64,000 bases of DNA from positions 124,001 to 188,000 of the IMG/VR virus record IMGVR_UViG_3300030019_000003; one strand, 5' to 3'. Each line of letters starts with the position of its first letter. The first letter of the stretch is position 1. A program made the translations under genes and the position numbers. Below, piece after piece: positions 8,751-18,845 of this stretch. The notes beneath the pieces are model-generated. The model ran no database searches, was not told the DNA's origin, and worked only from the letters and a program-made list of their open reading frames with translations.

Positions 8751-9140
8751 ATGAAGTTAGAATTAAAAGTTATGGGGGAGATTATAACATATGACTTGAA
8801 AACTCCCGAGGAAGCATGGGCGTGTCTTACCGGTATCGGTAAGACTGTAAAAGAACATCTTGGTAGATTCGCTATTGGTGAGTATACTTTAGGTAAAGTG
8901 TTTTTAAGGTTAGATATGAAGACACAGCACTATAACGGTGCTACGGAAAATGACAAGATTGCCGTTTGTAGCATCGAAGCTTTTAATATTACTTATAAAA
9001 CCAGTGAAGAATCAAAACCTTCTACGAAACGTTTTAGGGTAGGCGAAGTACAAACACTTGAATCTGTCATGGGTGCTTTCAAAGTTGCAGATCAATTTGC
9101 GAAAGATATTGATCGTAGTTTTAAACTACTTGTAGAGTAA
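8751..9140 (+). CDS. hypothetical protein (129 aa)
   Basis: AAAGGT RBS; intact ORF. Confidence 0.75.
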   Translation: MKLELKVMGEIITYDLKTPEEAWACLTGIGKTVKEHLGRFAIGEYTLGKVFLRLDMKTQHYNGATENDKIAVCSIEAFNITYKTSEESKPSTKRFRVGEVQTLESVMGAFKVADQFAKDIDRSFKLLVE

Positions 9141-9154
9141 AAAAGGATAATACG

Positions 9155-9562
9155 ATGGCCACTAAAAAAGTTACTGATGGCCTGATGCAGCTAATTAATG
9201 AATTAGAATCCAAAACACATCAGAAAAGTAAAACAGTAGGCGCGCTCATACTACCATCCGATACTAAGGTTTTAACAACAAGTGAGATAAAATCTATCGC
9301 TGAGCTAAAACCTGACAATGGCAATAAACCTAAGGTTCATTCTGAAATGGGGGCTATTGAAAAAATGGCCTTCGAGCAGTTTAGAAAAAACATGGAGGAT
9401 ATAGACGAGAAACAAAAGAGAGATACTTTTGTTCTTGAATATGTCTCAAAACAATATGTCTACCTTGATAGTGCGATTGATCTAGAGATTTACATAAAGA
9501 AACAAGTTGCAAATGGCATTGAAGTCTATAACGCAATTAGAAAAGAATTAGATGCTAATTAG
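9155..9562 (+). CDS. hypothetical protein (135 aa)
   Basis: AAAGGA RBS; intact ORF. Confidence 0.75.
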   Translation: MATKKVTDGLMQLINELESKTHQKSKTVGALILPSDTKVLTTSEIKSIAELKPDNGNKPKVHSEMGAIEKMAFEQFRKNMEDIDEKQKRDTFVLEYVSKQYVYLDSAIDLEIYIKKQVANGIEVYNAIRKELDAN

Positions 9563-9569
9563 AAAGTAA

Positions 9570-9603
9570 TAACAGAAGAGTAGCAACCGCTACTCTTCTG
9601 TTA
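9570..9603. terminator. bidirectional inverted repeat terminator
   Basis: 15-bp arms, 4-nt loop, T tract, between convergent genes. Confidence 0.75.
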
Positions 9604-9619
9604 CCTTATTTTTTTTTAT

Positions 9620-9633
9620 TCTGTTCACCGAAC
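9620..9633 (-). repeat. 14-nt post-stop motif GTTCGGTGAACAGA, copy 1
   Basis: Directly follows terminase TAA; exact copies at 43277-43290 (+) and 43620-43633 (-). Confidence 0.85.
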
Positions 9634-11019
9634 TTAAGCAGCTCTACGTTTATCTAATTCTATTTTTTCTAATAGAGTATCAATATTAAGAGTATCTAAA
9701 GAAGATGGGTCTAATATGTTATAAAGATACTGTATCTTATTTTTAGATTTAGCTACTAAACCAAGATGCTTAATAAGTTTCATTTCACTAGCAAGTCTTT
9801 CTATCTCTGTACGAATACGTATTTGATCTTCACGTTTACGTACTGCATCCATACCGCCAGCTTCTTCTACTTGGGTAGCTTTAACTGTTGTTAAGGTATT
9901 ATTAGGATTTAAACCATAGAATGATTTGTTAGAAGCCTCTGTCAAGAACCAGTATGGTAATAACCAAGCAACAACCATATCATCATGGCTATCAGAAGCA
10001 TGGTCTATTCTACCATTTTTAGATCGTAACCCTATAATCTGATTAATCAATCCGTTATCTCTTACAGTGTTACCTGTGTACTTAGTAGACGCCATAAAGG
10101 CTGCACCATAAAGTTTATCCCTTGCTTGTCTACCTGCCCCAGATGTTGCAAATCCAAACATGCTTCGATATTTGACATAGACGTTACTTTCTCTACGTAG
10201 CATACTAACATTAACAACTTCATTAAGATACTGTTTATTTACCATGCAGTCATTAACAACCCAGTTAAAGATACGTTTAAACGGATCAATAGTGTGCATT
10301 GGTAATATACGTAGTAAGTTATCAATGATCATAACACCACTAGATCTTCTTTCAGGAACTAGTATAGTATTATTGTATTTTATTAACAAGTCACCTATAA
10401 ACTCTGAGAATACGATAAGGTTAGTTTCATTATAGATACCTGTTGCGATAGTCTCACCTGATGATGCGTCTCTTATGATCATAGCAATATCATCTTTATT
10501 AACAGCATCAGAAGTATCTAGACCTACTATAAGTTTACGTGTTGGTAATCCAGCTTTAACTTCTTGTTCAGAAACATACCAGTTAGTGATATAACCACTT
10601 TTAGATAGTTCGGTATACTCAACTTTAGATTGTGATTTTTGAATATCCTCAATAACCTCTTTTGATAAAGGTGAAACATCTGAACCTTTAGCCCATAGGT
10701 TAAGGAAGTCTGCTCCGGCATTCTCACCTTTTGACATAGCCTCACTAATTTTCTCTTTTAACCACGCATCGGTATAACCTAATTGTCTATGGTTATATTC
10801 TAATAGTACTCTTAGTTCACCTGTAGGGCTATTTTTACATATAACAGATTTAAGAGCTTCAAGATCTTCAACATCAAAAAGTAACTCAGACCATCGCATA
10901 CTTTTAAGGTATAATTCTTCATAAGCAAACTTACCAGAATCAGTACTAATATACCCGGGGGTTGTTGTAAAAATATTGCCATAAGGAGCGTTAGCTGCTT
11001 TAGCAGAGTCTCTAGCCGC
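9634..11019 (-). CDS. terL: terminase large subunit, exon 2 (end of ATPase plus nuclease domain)
   Basis: Frame is open upstream of the called ORF: AARDSAKAANAPYGNIFTTTPG; GLDTSDAV and HDDMVVAW nuclease motifs. Confidence 0.9.
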   Translation of the reverse strand, partial: AARDSAKAANAPYGNIFTTTPGYISTDSGKFAYEELYLKSMRWSELLFDVEDLEALKSVICKNSPTGELRVLLEYNHRQLGYTDAWLKEKISEAMSKGENAGADFLNLWAKGSDVSPLSKEVIEDIQKSQSKVEYTELSKSGYITNWYVSEQEVKAGLPTRKLIVGLDTSDAVNKDDIAMIIRDASSGETIATGIYNETNLIVFSEFIGDLLIKYNNTILVPERRSSGVMIIDNLLRILPMHTIDPFKRIFNWVVNDCMVNKQYLNEVVNVSMLRRESNVYVKYRSMFGFATSGAGRQARDKLYGAAFMASTKYTGNTVRDNGLINQIIGLRSKNGRIDHASDSHDDMVVAWLLPYWFLTEASNKSFYGLNPNNTLTTVKATQVEEAGGMDAVRKREDQIRIRTEIERLASEMKLIKHLGLVAKSKNKIQYLYNILDPSSLDTLNIDTLLEKIELDKRRAA

Positions 11020-11458
11020 CTTGAATATTCAATGGGTTCGTTAGACCACATCCGCACCTCTATGTGCAGCTCACACTTTCATGTGACGATCAGGCTATCT
11101 CATCCTGAAAGGGCTTTCGCCGAATAGATCATATCTTTATCTTATATTTACTTAAGATAAACTTCGTTTCGATTTAAGGGATTTCATACCCGCCCACTTG
11201 GGCCCTACACCAATAACTGGTTGATCGTTGAGCACATCCCGTATATCACTTATGATACTTAGGGGCTTCGCTGCGTTGGTCGCCCAATCCTATTAAGTTT
11301 TTACTGTCCCGTTATGAATCATTACTCTAACGGTGTTATAGTATCTTTCGATCTATAAGTAGTATTAATAGGCTCTAAGGGGTTCTCCGCAATTAGAAGT
11401 TTTTGCTATATAGTGTCACCACTATATGGGGCACAGGCGGTTTTTAGGCCGCCATTTT
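11020..11458 (-). mobile_element. group I self-splicing intron (IA-like, 439 nt, no ORF) in terL
   Basis: 5' exon ends in U (GGU), intron ends in G; P element AAUUGCGGAGAACCC (11380-11394), Q-like CAACGCAGC, R GUGCUCAACGAUCA (11221-11235), S AAGAUAUGAUCU (11126-11137); removal restores frame MLPAQG|AARDSAK. Confidence 0.88.
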
Positions 11459-12199
11459 ACCCTGGGCTGGAAGCATAGCTGGGATGGTTATGTCGGCATA
11501 ATTAATATAAGCAATCTCATCTACTTGGTTCGTTGGGAATGTCATACCACGTCCAACATTATAAGCTGATTTAGGATTGTTCTGCGCCACTGATGTTATG
11601 TATTGTGTATTATTAGAATTAACCGTTATCTTCTCAGTGTTATTCGTATCTGTTTTAGATCTCAACTGTAGCATAGCTGGGAGCTCACTCATGATGTCTT
11701 TGATACGTTTAACGTTGTTGACTCGCAGAGTATCATCTTTGGTCAGCAAGTTGATGCTAGAGCGTACAGACCCTACTGAAAGTAACCACACCATAAGAAT
11801 ATCTGTTGATACTGATTTACCAGTTTGTCGAGGTTGTATTAGTAATGTAGTCACATGATTAAAATATAACCAGTATAATGAAATGTTACCACGATTAGCT
11901 CTTAACACAACACCTTTTTCAACACCTTGTGCTGGAACTCTAACTACTTCTCTAAAGAAGTACCAAGGATTCTCAGAACACTCATCTACTATAAGAATAA
12001 TCTCTTCAACTGAAAGATCATCTGAATGGGGGTCAACCCCTTGAAGAGCTGGATTATGTAATGCTAAACAAAAGGCACAGTTCTTTATACCCATCTTGTG
12101 CATTTTGACAGCATACATTTTAAAAGAGTCATTAGTTGTCTTTAAGTCGGCTATGGCTCCAGGATGTTTATTAACCCAGTCGTTTAAATATAATATCAT
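11459..12199 (-). CDS. terL: terminase large subunit, exon 1 (ATPase N-terminus)
   Basis: GGAGGA RBS before ATG 12199; ENPWYFFRE, Walker A PRQTGKS, Walker B QVDEIAY; spliced product 708 aa. Confidence 0.9.
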
Positions 12200-12285
12200 T
12201 ATTAATCCTCCCGACACTATATTTTTTTATATAAGTCATATAATTTTTTAATAGACGTATTTTGCCTGAGTGTAAGGAGAAAGAC

Positions 12286-13416
12286 ATGGCTAAAGAACTG
12301 TTTAATTATATAGCGATTGGCGACATACATTTTGGTCACACTAATACAACAACAGAACATATTATAGAAAGTTTTAACCAATGGTTTAAAACCTATATGA
12401 GCACAATACTAAAAACAAATGCTATCTTTTTAGAAGGAGATGTGTTTGATAAGCTATTAGGCAATAGTAGTACTGATTATATACTTGCTATGGAATGGCT
12501 ATATAACTTAGCCATATTTTGTTCTAAACATAAAATAAAGTTAAGAATATTAAGAGGTACTTTATCTCATGATTGGAATCAACTTAGACTAGTAGAAAAG
12601 ACATTTTTAAAACTTAAAACTGAACTTGATTTTAAATATATTCAAACTTTACATATAGAGCATATGTCTGATTTTAATATTGATGTACTGTATGTTCCTG
12701 ATGAGTATAAACATGACGCATCTGATACTTTTAAAGATGTTCAAGCCTTGCTGGTTGAAAAAGGTTTAACCAGTGTTGATATTGCTATTATGCATGGTAA
12801 CTTTAGTTATCAGTTACCTATTAAGACTGTCACTGCTCATGATGAAAATAGCTATCTTAACATTGTTAAGTATTATATTACTATTAATCATATTCATACT
12901 TCTAGTATTTTCGATAGAATCATAGCACCAGGTAGTTTTGATAGATTAGCTCATGGTGAAGAAGAAGATAAAGGTTGTGTTCACATTACATTATTTAAAG
13001 ACGGTAGTAAACGTTTTAGTTTTTTAAAAAATACCTTAAGTAAAATCTATAAAACAATTAACTGTTTTGATCTTTCACTCGATGATATCTTTAGTAAGAT
13101 AGATAAGGGAGTTAGAAAGTTACCTTTGAATTCTTTTATAAGGCTTAAGATAAATTCAGATACAAGACTTAGTAAGAACGTAGAAGACTTTACTAAAAAG
13201 TATGAGTTTTATACTTTTAAAATTGAATCTGAAAAAGATAAGGGCTTAACGAATGGTAGTAATATTACTGATATAGAAATACCGTTAGAAAGTTTTCATA
13301 TTACCCCTGAGAATATAGAAGAATTACTACTAGAGGAGTTACGTAAACAAACATTATCAGAAATTGAACTTGATACGGCAATAGAGGAGTTAAGGCGAGC
13401 TATTGAAAAACTTTAA
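12286..13416 (+). CDS. sbcD: SbcD/Mre11-like metallophosphoesterase nuclease
   Basis: GDIHFG, GDVFD, GTLSHD, MHG, NHIH, PGS motifs; AAGGAG RBS favours ATG 12286. Confidence 0.88.
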   Translation: MAKELFNYIAIGDIHFGHTNTTTEHIIESFNQWFKTYMSTILKTNAIFLEGDVFDKLLGNSSTDYILAMEWLYNLAIFCSKHKIKLRILRGTLSHDWNQLRLVEKTFLKLKTELDFKYIQTLHIEHMSDFNIDVLYVPDEYKHDASDTFKDVQALLVEKGLTSVDIAIMHGNFSYQLPIKTVTAHDENSYLNIVKYYITINHIHTSSIFDRIIAPGSFDRLAHGEEEDKGCVHITLFKDGSKRFSFLKNTLSKIYKTINCFDLSLDDIFSKIDKGVRKLPLNSFIRLKINSDTRLSKNVEDFTKKYEFYTFKIESEKDKGLTNGSNITDIEIPLESFHITPENIEELLLEELRKQTLSEIELDTAIEELRRAIEKL

Positions 13417-13419
13417 CAA

Positions 13420-13428
13420 TATATTATT
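13420..13428 (+). promoter_or_regulatory. putative early phage promoter
   Basis: TTTAACAATATATTATT. Confidence 0.55.
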
Positions 13429-13453
13429 AATGTAGTAACTAAAGGAGAATCCT

Positions 13454-13678
13454 ATGATAAACAAATACGAGAAATTGGCGGAGGCCATAGTTAAATTTAA
13501 ACCTGAGAAGATTACGACCTTTAAACCTGTTTATTGGTGTATAGTTCTATTTTGGTTTATAGCTATAATTGTTTTTGTTTTTATACCTTATATATGTATT
13601 ATAAGTTATGAAAATATTGAGATGACAACACGTAGTAAAAAAGAAGATTCTGACGAGTATGAGAATCATGTTTGCTAG
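13454..13678 (+). CDS. small membrane protein
   Basis: AAGGAG RBS; one hydrophobic segment. Confidence 0.7.
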   Translation: MINKYEKLAEAIVKFKPEKITTFKPVYWCIVLFWFIAIIVFVFIPYICIISYENIEMTTRSKKEDSDEYENHVC

Positions 13679-13687
13679 TAATAAAAT

Positions 13688-13903
13688 ATGTTTACAAGGG
13701 AACAACCTATTATGAACGATATAGACACTAGTAGCGCAGCTATTGATGCTGTTGGTTTAGATATGCTAACGACAGTGTTGGGATTAACTCTTCTTCTTAT
13801 TTTTGTTGTGTCTGGATATGCTGTGCACCATATACCTATTGGTAAAAAAGATATTGAAAAGCTCAGAGCTATTAAAAAGATATTCGGAAAGCATGATGTA
13901 TAG
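13688..13903 (+). CDS. small membrane protein
   Basis: One TM segment (VLGLTLLLIFVVSGYAV). Confidence 0.6.
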   Translation: MFTREQPIMNDIDTSSAAIDAVGLDMLTTVLGLTLLLIFVVSGYAVHHIPIGKKDIEKLRAIKKIFGKHDV

Positions 13904-14054
13904 TAGCAGTATGTTCATGACCTATATTATTTTAACGTTATGCACTGTAGGTGGCATAGCAGGTTTGATTTTATATATAAAAGCCTATGCCGAGTATCGC
14001 AAGAATTTGGAAGATATAATGAAAGAAGATGATTATTTAGACTTTAGGTGGTAA
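13893..14054 (+). CDS. small membrane protein
   Basis: Likely start 13893 overlapping upstream stop; one TM segment. Confidence 0.55.
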   Translation: MMYSSSMFMTYIILTLCTVGGIAGLILYIKAYAEYRKNLEDIMKEDDYLDFRW

Positions 14055-14057
14055 ACT

Positions 14058-14903
14058 ATGTCCATTAGAATAGTACTTACTGATAGAACAATGAGTTCGT
14101 TTCCAGTATCTATTGGTACTGGATTAATGTTAGAGTCACTCTTTAATCCTACACAAGCGAGGTACGATGATAAGAGAGAGATTCCTAAAAAGATTAAGCT
14201 TGATGACTACGGGTATCATGTTTATAACATATATACATTGGCTAGAAACATACTATCCGCAACTCCGAGTAAAGAAAAAAATGATCTCTTAAAAGATCAC
14301 TATTTTTTAGATATTCTATTTGACGAGATGTTTGTATTAGAATCACTTTACGCAACTACAAAATGTGATATTGTGTTTTTCTTACCCGATTACACCAAAG
14401 TGTGTCAAGCCCTTAACAATGGTAAAGAGTACACGCAAACAAAAGATTATCAGTTATATGGTACCATGTTAGCATTGTTTAAGAAAGTTACATTTTCTAA
14501 AGATCTAACATTGATAAGAGATACCTTTACACTTCCTAAGTTTGATAAGAAAACGTTGATAACAACAAACTATCCAACAGATCTATTAAACAAAGTTGGT
14601 AATTTGGCATTAATGGAGTCACATACCGGTAAGTTAAAAGAACGATCAGAATGGTATACTAAGTATCACAAGTTAGGTTCTAAGCCTATGTATTTACTAC
14701 CATTTATGGAAGAGTTACTGTATATACTAGGAGAAGGTAATCTTATCTATCCAGTGACATTATCTTTAAGATATCTTTTATTAGCTATAGCTGAGAAAGA
14801 GCATTGGACAACCCGAACAACTCATGATAAAATTATTCATGATTTTAAGAAAAATTCATTAGAACTGTATAATTTGATCATAGGGTATAAAAAAGTTTAT
14901 TAG
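14058..14903 (+). CDS. conserved phiKZ-like protein (281 aa), possibly nuclease-like
   Basis: SFPVSIGTGLMLESL and ESHTGKLK motifs recalled from phiKZ-like phages; lies between sbcD and the gp68 block. Confidence 0.6.
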   Translation: MSIRIVLTDRTMSSFPVSIGTGLMLESLFNPTQARYDDKREIPKKIKLDDYGYHVYNIYTLARNILSATPSKEKNDLLKDHYFLDILFDEMFVLESLYATTKCDIVFFLPDYTKVCQALNNGKEYTQTKDYQLYGTMLALFKKVTFSKDLTLIRDTFTLPKFDKKTLITTNYPTDLLNKVGNLALMESHTGKLKERSEWYTKYHKLGSKPMYLLPFMEELLYILGEGNLIYPVTLSLRYLLLAIAEKEHWTTRTTHDKIIHDFKKNSLELYNLIIGYKKVY

Positions 14904-14948
14904 TCTATGAGCTATAATGTTATATAATAAAAAACGAAAGGATTTATA

Positions 14949-15668
14949 ATGGCTGATAATATCACCGTACCCGATAAGAAAACAGTATCGCTCATTAAGT
15001 TTATGAAGTTTGGTTTGACAACCTCTGTAGGAGAAGATGACTTTGGTAGATTGGAGTGGTCTATTAGAGAAGGATTCCCAAGAATCACTGTTTATACAAC
15101 TAACAAAAAAGGAGAAGACGGTAGAATCGGTTATGAAGCGATCATAACAGCTCCTTTTGATTTTGTAACTTTCTTTAGTTTCTTCAAAAAGATCCGTAAA
15201 GTCATTATCAGTGATGGTAAAGCAGAATGTAAGATAGATTGTTTAAACTATCGCTATGATGCTAATAATGAGCGCACCAATGAAAAATATGTTCAAGCAA
15301 CTGTCGGTGTTTTTAAAGATGACCATGGTAAGATCTTTATTTATGTCCACGCTACCGATAAGTCACAATTAACATTTGAGATACGCCCAAGACCTTTTTT
15401 CAATCATTATGACGAAGAGGGTAATCTTGTTAAAGATATACGTGTTATTAACAAAGAGTATGCCCTAAGTTATATCTCAGTTATTGAAAAGCTTATGGCC
15501 GAGCATGTTAAAAATGAGCATGTTAGAGAAATCAAATTAGACCCACCACAAGGTCGACAAAAACAAACACCGGTTATTAAACCAGTTGAACAACCCGCTC
15601 CAAAACCAGCCCCTGTTAAACCTACTATAGAGATTACAGAGGGAATTGATTTAGACAATCTCATATAG
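14949..15668 (+). CDS. conserved phiKZ-like protein (position of phiKZ gp67)
   Basis: AAAGGA RBS; synteny upstream of gp68-like gene; Pro-rich linker and acidic end. Confidence 0.55.
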   Translation: MADNITVPDKKTVSLIKFMKFGLTTSVGEDDFGRLEWSIREGFPRITVYTTNKKGEDGRIGYEAIITAPFDFVTFFSFFKKIRKVIISDGKAECKIDCLNYRYDANNERTNEKYVQATVGVFKDDHGKIFIYVHATDKSQLTFEIRPRPFFNHYDEEGNLVKDIRVINKEYALSYISVIEKLMAEHVKNEHVREIKLDPPQGRQKQTPVIKPVEQPAPKPAPVKPTIEITEGIDLDNLI

Positions 15669-15714
15669 GTGTTAGATAACTCTAACACCTCCTACTTTCA
15701 TTTTTTTTCAACAA

Positions 15715-15723
15715 CATATTATT
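15715..15723 (+). promoter_or_regulatory. putative early phage promoter
   Basis: CATATTATT after hairpin and T tract. Confidence 0.55.
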
Positions 15724-15789
15724 CATTTATACGGGCTATTACGATTGCAAGGTAATAACTGTATCACACCAGAAAAAAGGGGAGCACAC

Positions 15790-17352
15790 GTGTTCGCATT
15801 AGACACTCTCAACGCAAAAGGTGATATAATCGTTAATGTGAGTTATGGTACTAATGAAGTTCTATCATTTGTTATAAGTGGTGTTATTTCTAAGAAGACT
15901 AAAAACTCGATTGATGAGCATACTGTTTATGCGCTAGTAAACGCATATGTCGATTATAAAGGTGATGGTTTTAAGAGCGATCTTTACACCACACTTTCAG
16001 AGTCTTATCATACGGCTAAGAAAAGTATGTTCGTTAACGGATTACATCCGTTACCATTACATATGGCTCATAACGTTCTTGATCTATTTGATCTATTAGA
16101 TGTCTTTAATTTTGTTAAGAGTATTTTTAAACTCTCTCCTCCTAGCAATTTAAAAGATACGTTTGATGTTCAATTGGAACAGGACAAACAGGCTACACGT
16201 ATTCAAACATACTTAAAAGATGACTATCTCGAATTAGCATCACTAGCACTTATTGTTAAAGTGGTATTTTTACCAATAGCCGAATATGGATTGGTAAAGA
16301 ATTCTGATATTCGTAATAACCATCTTGAATATGTCCTATTTGAATTTATAAAAACTCATAGGATTTTTAACACACCCCCTATGGAGAAATTACTTGGTCT
16401 TGTTACAAAGTCTGTTGAGAATCCTTCTAATAAGGAAGAGACAATAGATATTAGTATCATAGAGAATCAGATATCCCGTAAAGAGATACCTGTCTATCTA
16501 CTTTCTATTGTTGTTTTACAACGTTTAACAATAGCATCTATTATTAATGATGATCATACTGATAACTTAATCACCAAGGTGTTTAATTATGTCAATGGAG
16601 AGTTAAACGGTAGAGATGATATGAGTAAGACAATTCGTGATAGAAAGTTTGGTAATGATGGCGCTGATGATGTTGAATCGTTTCTAGAGTTAATACGTGT
16701 TCCAGTTGCCTTGTCTTCAGGAGCTGAAGAAGAACTGTGCTGGGCATTAGAATCTATAGACATCATTATGAAACAACTTCCTACTAAGATTCACGATGTT
16801 CTTGATGATGATGCACTACGAGATGGTGAGCAATTCGTTAAGGCTTTTAATAATGGAAATATTGCAGATATTCAGGTAGAGTTACTGGGTATATTATTTA
16901 AATCTGTTATTGATCCTAGAGGTTTACAATACGTTACACGTAATTGTATTATGAATCTTATGGCTATAGGTTTTGCTTATCTATGGGGTATGGGTTTTAA
17001 ACACCTAGCTTTATTATTAATCTCTATGAGAGATCTTACTATAGGTGGGGATATTCATAGTATTAATAATGTTGTAGGTCGTGAAAGATTAACAAAAGAG
17101 ATCAAAGATGGGTTGGATATAATATCTCCTAACAAGAGACCTATCAATGACACAACAGCACAAAATATACAAGAAGAGTGGATAAACTCTGCGTCGCTTA
17201 AGCTAACACAACATTTATGGTTGCAAGTAGCAAGTGACGAGTATGTGATTAGTGCGTTAGGTAGTAAGAACTATCGTAATCTGTTAACCTCTGGTATCAG
17301 GGTACAATTAGCAGAGATGATAATTAAAAATGAGGAGCTTTCCTATGTTTAA
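15790..17352 (+). CDS. nvRNAP promoter-specificity (sigma-like) subunit, phiKZ gp68-like
   Basis: Size about 520 aa; YLKDDYLELASL motif; synteny two genes upstream of nvRNAP beta; GTG 15790 has AGGGGAG RBS (ORF track start 15745). Confidence 0.7.
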   Translation: MFALDTLNAKGDIIVNVSYGTNEVLSFVISGVISKKTKNSIDEHTVYALVNAYVDYKGDGFKSDLYTTLSESYHTAKKSMFVNGLHPLPLHMAHNVLDLFDLLDVFNFVKSIFKLSPPSNLKDTFDVQLEQDKQATRIQTYLKDDYLELASLALIVKVVFLPIAEYGLVKNSDIRNNHLEYVLFEFIKTHRIFNTPPMEKLLGLVTKSVENPSNKEETIDISIIENQISRKEIPVYLLSIVVLQRLTIASIINDDHTDNLITKVFNYVNGELNGRDDMSKTIRDRKFGNDGADDVESFLELIRVPVALSSGAEEELCWALESIDIIMKQLPTKIHDVLDDDALRDGEQFVKAFNNGNIADIQVELLGILFKSVIDPRGLQYVTRNCIMNLMAIGFAYLWGMGFKHLALLLISMRDLTIGGDIHSINNVVGRERLTKEIKDGLDIISPNKRPINDTTAQNIQEEWINSASLKLTQHLWLQVASDEYVISALGSKNYRNLLTSGIRVQLAEMIIKNEELSYV

Positions 17353-18829
17353 TGGTGGAAATAATGGAGGATATACATATCCGGGACAAAGCATGTCTAG
17401 AGTATCAATACCTAACCTTATCGTTGTTGATACCGAGATGCCGTATAAACCATGTTATCAACGTACCTATGACATTAATGTCAATCACGGTACATTGAAT
17501 CAACTTGAAAATGCTTTATCTGGAGCAGGTGTAAAAACAGGTAGACCTATATCTGAATCATTGCTACTAGCAAATGCTCCAGATATCATGAATATCGCTG
17601 CAGCCCCTGGTAAACAAATATTGATACCAAATGGTTGGGATACTAAACGTTTTCGATGGGTTATGTTGGCTATTGAGACTTTAGACAGTGACACGCTTTA
17701 TCATTATATTCAAGGGTATACTGATCATTCAGAAGTATCTTTTAATCGTAATCTTGATCCGCGTACAACTTTCTATATTAATACTATAACAACCATTAAG
17801 AAAACAGAAGACTTTACAAGACCAGGTGTCTATGATTATCAGTTGATGTCCACGTATAATGTTATCACCGATGTTATGGGATCTTCAGGATTTCAACCTG
17901 CCAACATTACTGATAGGGATAGTCTTATTAGACCACAAGATGTTTATGATACCTTGTCACAACAGGCTATAGCACATGAACATGGTATTCCTGATAGTAT
18001 CGATGGCTCAAGCATCATAGCGCCAGGTATGGCAACTACCAGTCGAAAGAGTAATAACAACCCGATATCCCATTTGACAGCTACGCTTAATGCTGGTGTA
18101 AGAGGTAAGTTATTATCACGATCATCCAGTGACCCTGCTTCATTATATTGTGAGGCATCAGGCTCACTTACAGAATGGTCAATTGCAAGAAATGGTTTTA
18201 TCAGTGCTTTGTACAAAGCTACAGGTATAGTTTCGTCTACATCATTTACACTTGCAGATATTGAACAACTCTCTCCAGGTATTAAGTTAGATGTATTTAC
18301 AAATCAACAAGTAAAAGCAGTTAATGCTCCTGGATTTGGAACGAGTTATGAAACTGAGTCTGATTTACACGGTATGGATATTACAACATCCGTAGCCTTA
18401 ACAGCTATGAATGTTATTAATGGATATGCCGCTGAATCATTCTTAAGAGTAGCTGGTATTTCTTTATCTGTTGTTAATGGTGTTGCGAATGTGCTACCTA
18501 CAGCAGCTCCACAGTTTTTATTACCTATTCCAGATGTTAGATTGCAAGAGATGCTAATCGAGCAGTTTAGAATCAAGGTAGAGACACATGCCAGTGCGAT
18601 GTTGACACAGAATTATAGCTATGATTTAGAGCTCCATTATTTTATGGATATGTATACGGATACATTGATTCGTTTAAGTATTAATCATGGTTATGAACAA
18701 GTATTTAGACTAGCAACTTTTGCAGATAGTTTATTTACCCCGGTGATCACATCAGGTTTTCAAAGAGGTAACCTATTAGATTCTTATAATACATTAGTAG
18801 ATAGAACTTTAGGTGTAATGGTTTATTAA
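17330..18829 (+). CDS. picA: PicA/Imp1-like phage-nucleus protein import factor (phiKZ gp69-like)
   Basis: About 500 aa, directly after gp68-like gene; IPNGWDTKRFRWVML, YIQGYTDH, IRPQDV motifs; assignment by recall and synteny. Confidence 0.6.
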   Translation: MRSFPMFNGGNNGGYTYPGQSMSRVSIPNLIVVDTEMPYKPCYQRTYDINVNHGTLNQLENALSGAGVKTGRPISESLLLANAPDIMNIAAAPGKQILIPNGWDTKRFRWVMLAIETLDSDTLYHYIQGYTDHSEVSFNRNLDPRTTFYINTITTIKKTEDFTRPGVYDYQLMSTYNVITDVMGSSGFQPANITDRDSLIRPQDVYDTLSQQAIAHEHGIPDSIDGSSIIAPGMATTSRKSNNNPISHLTATLNAGVRGKLLSRSSSDPASLYCEASGSLTEWSIARNGFISALYKATGIVSSTSFTLADIEQLSPGIKLDVFTNQQVKAVNAPGFGTSYETESDLHGMDITTSVALTAMNVINGYAAESFLRVAGISLSVVNGVANVLPTAAPQFLLPIPDVRLQEMLIEQFRIKVETHASAMLTQNYSYDLELHYFMDMYTDTLIRLSINHGYEQVFRLATFADSLFTPVITSGFQRGNLLDSYNTLVDRTLGVMVY

Positions 18830-18845
18830 TAAAGAGGAGGAAGAA

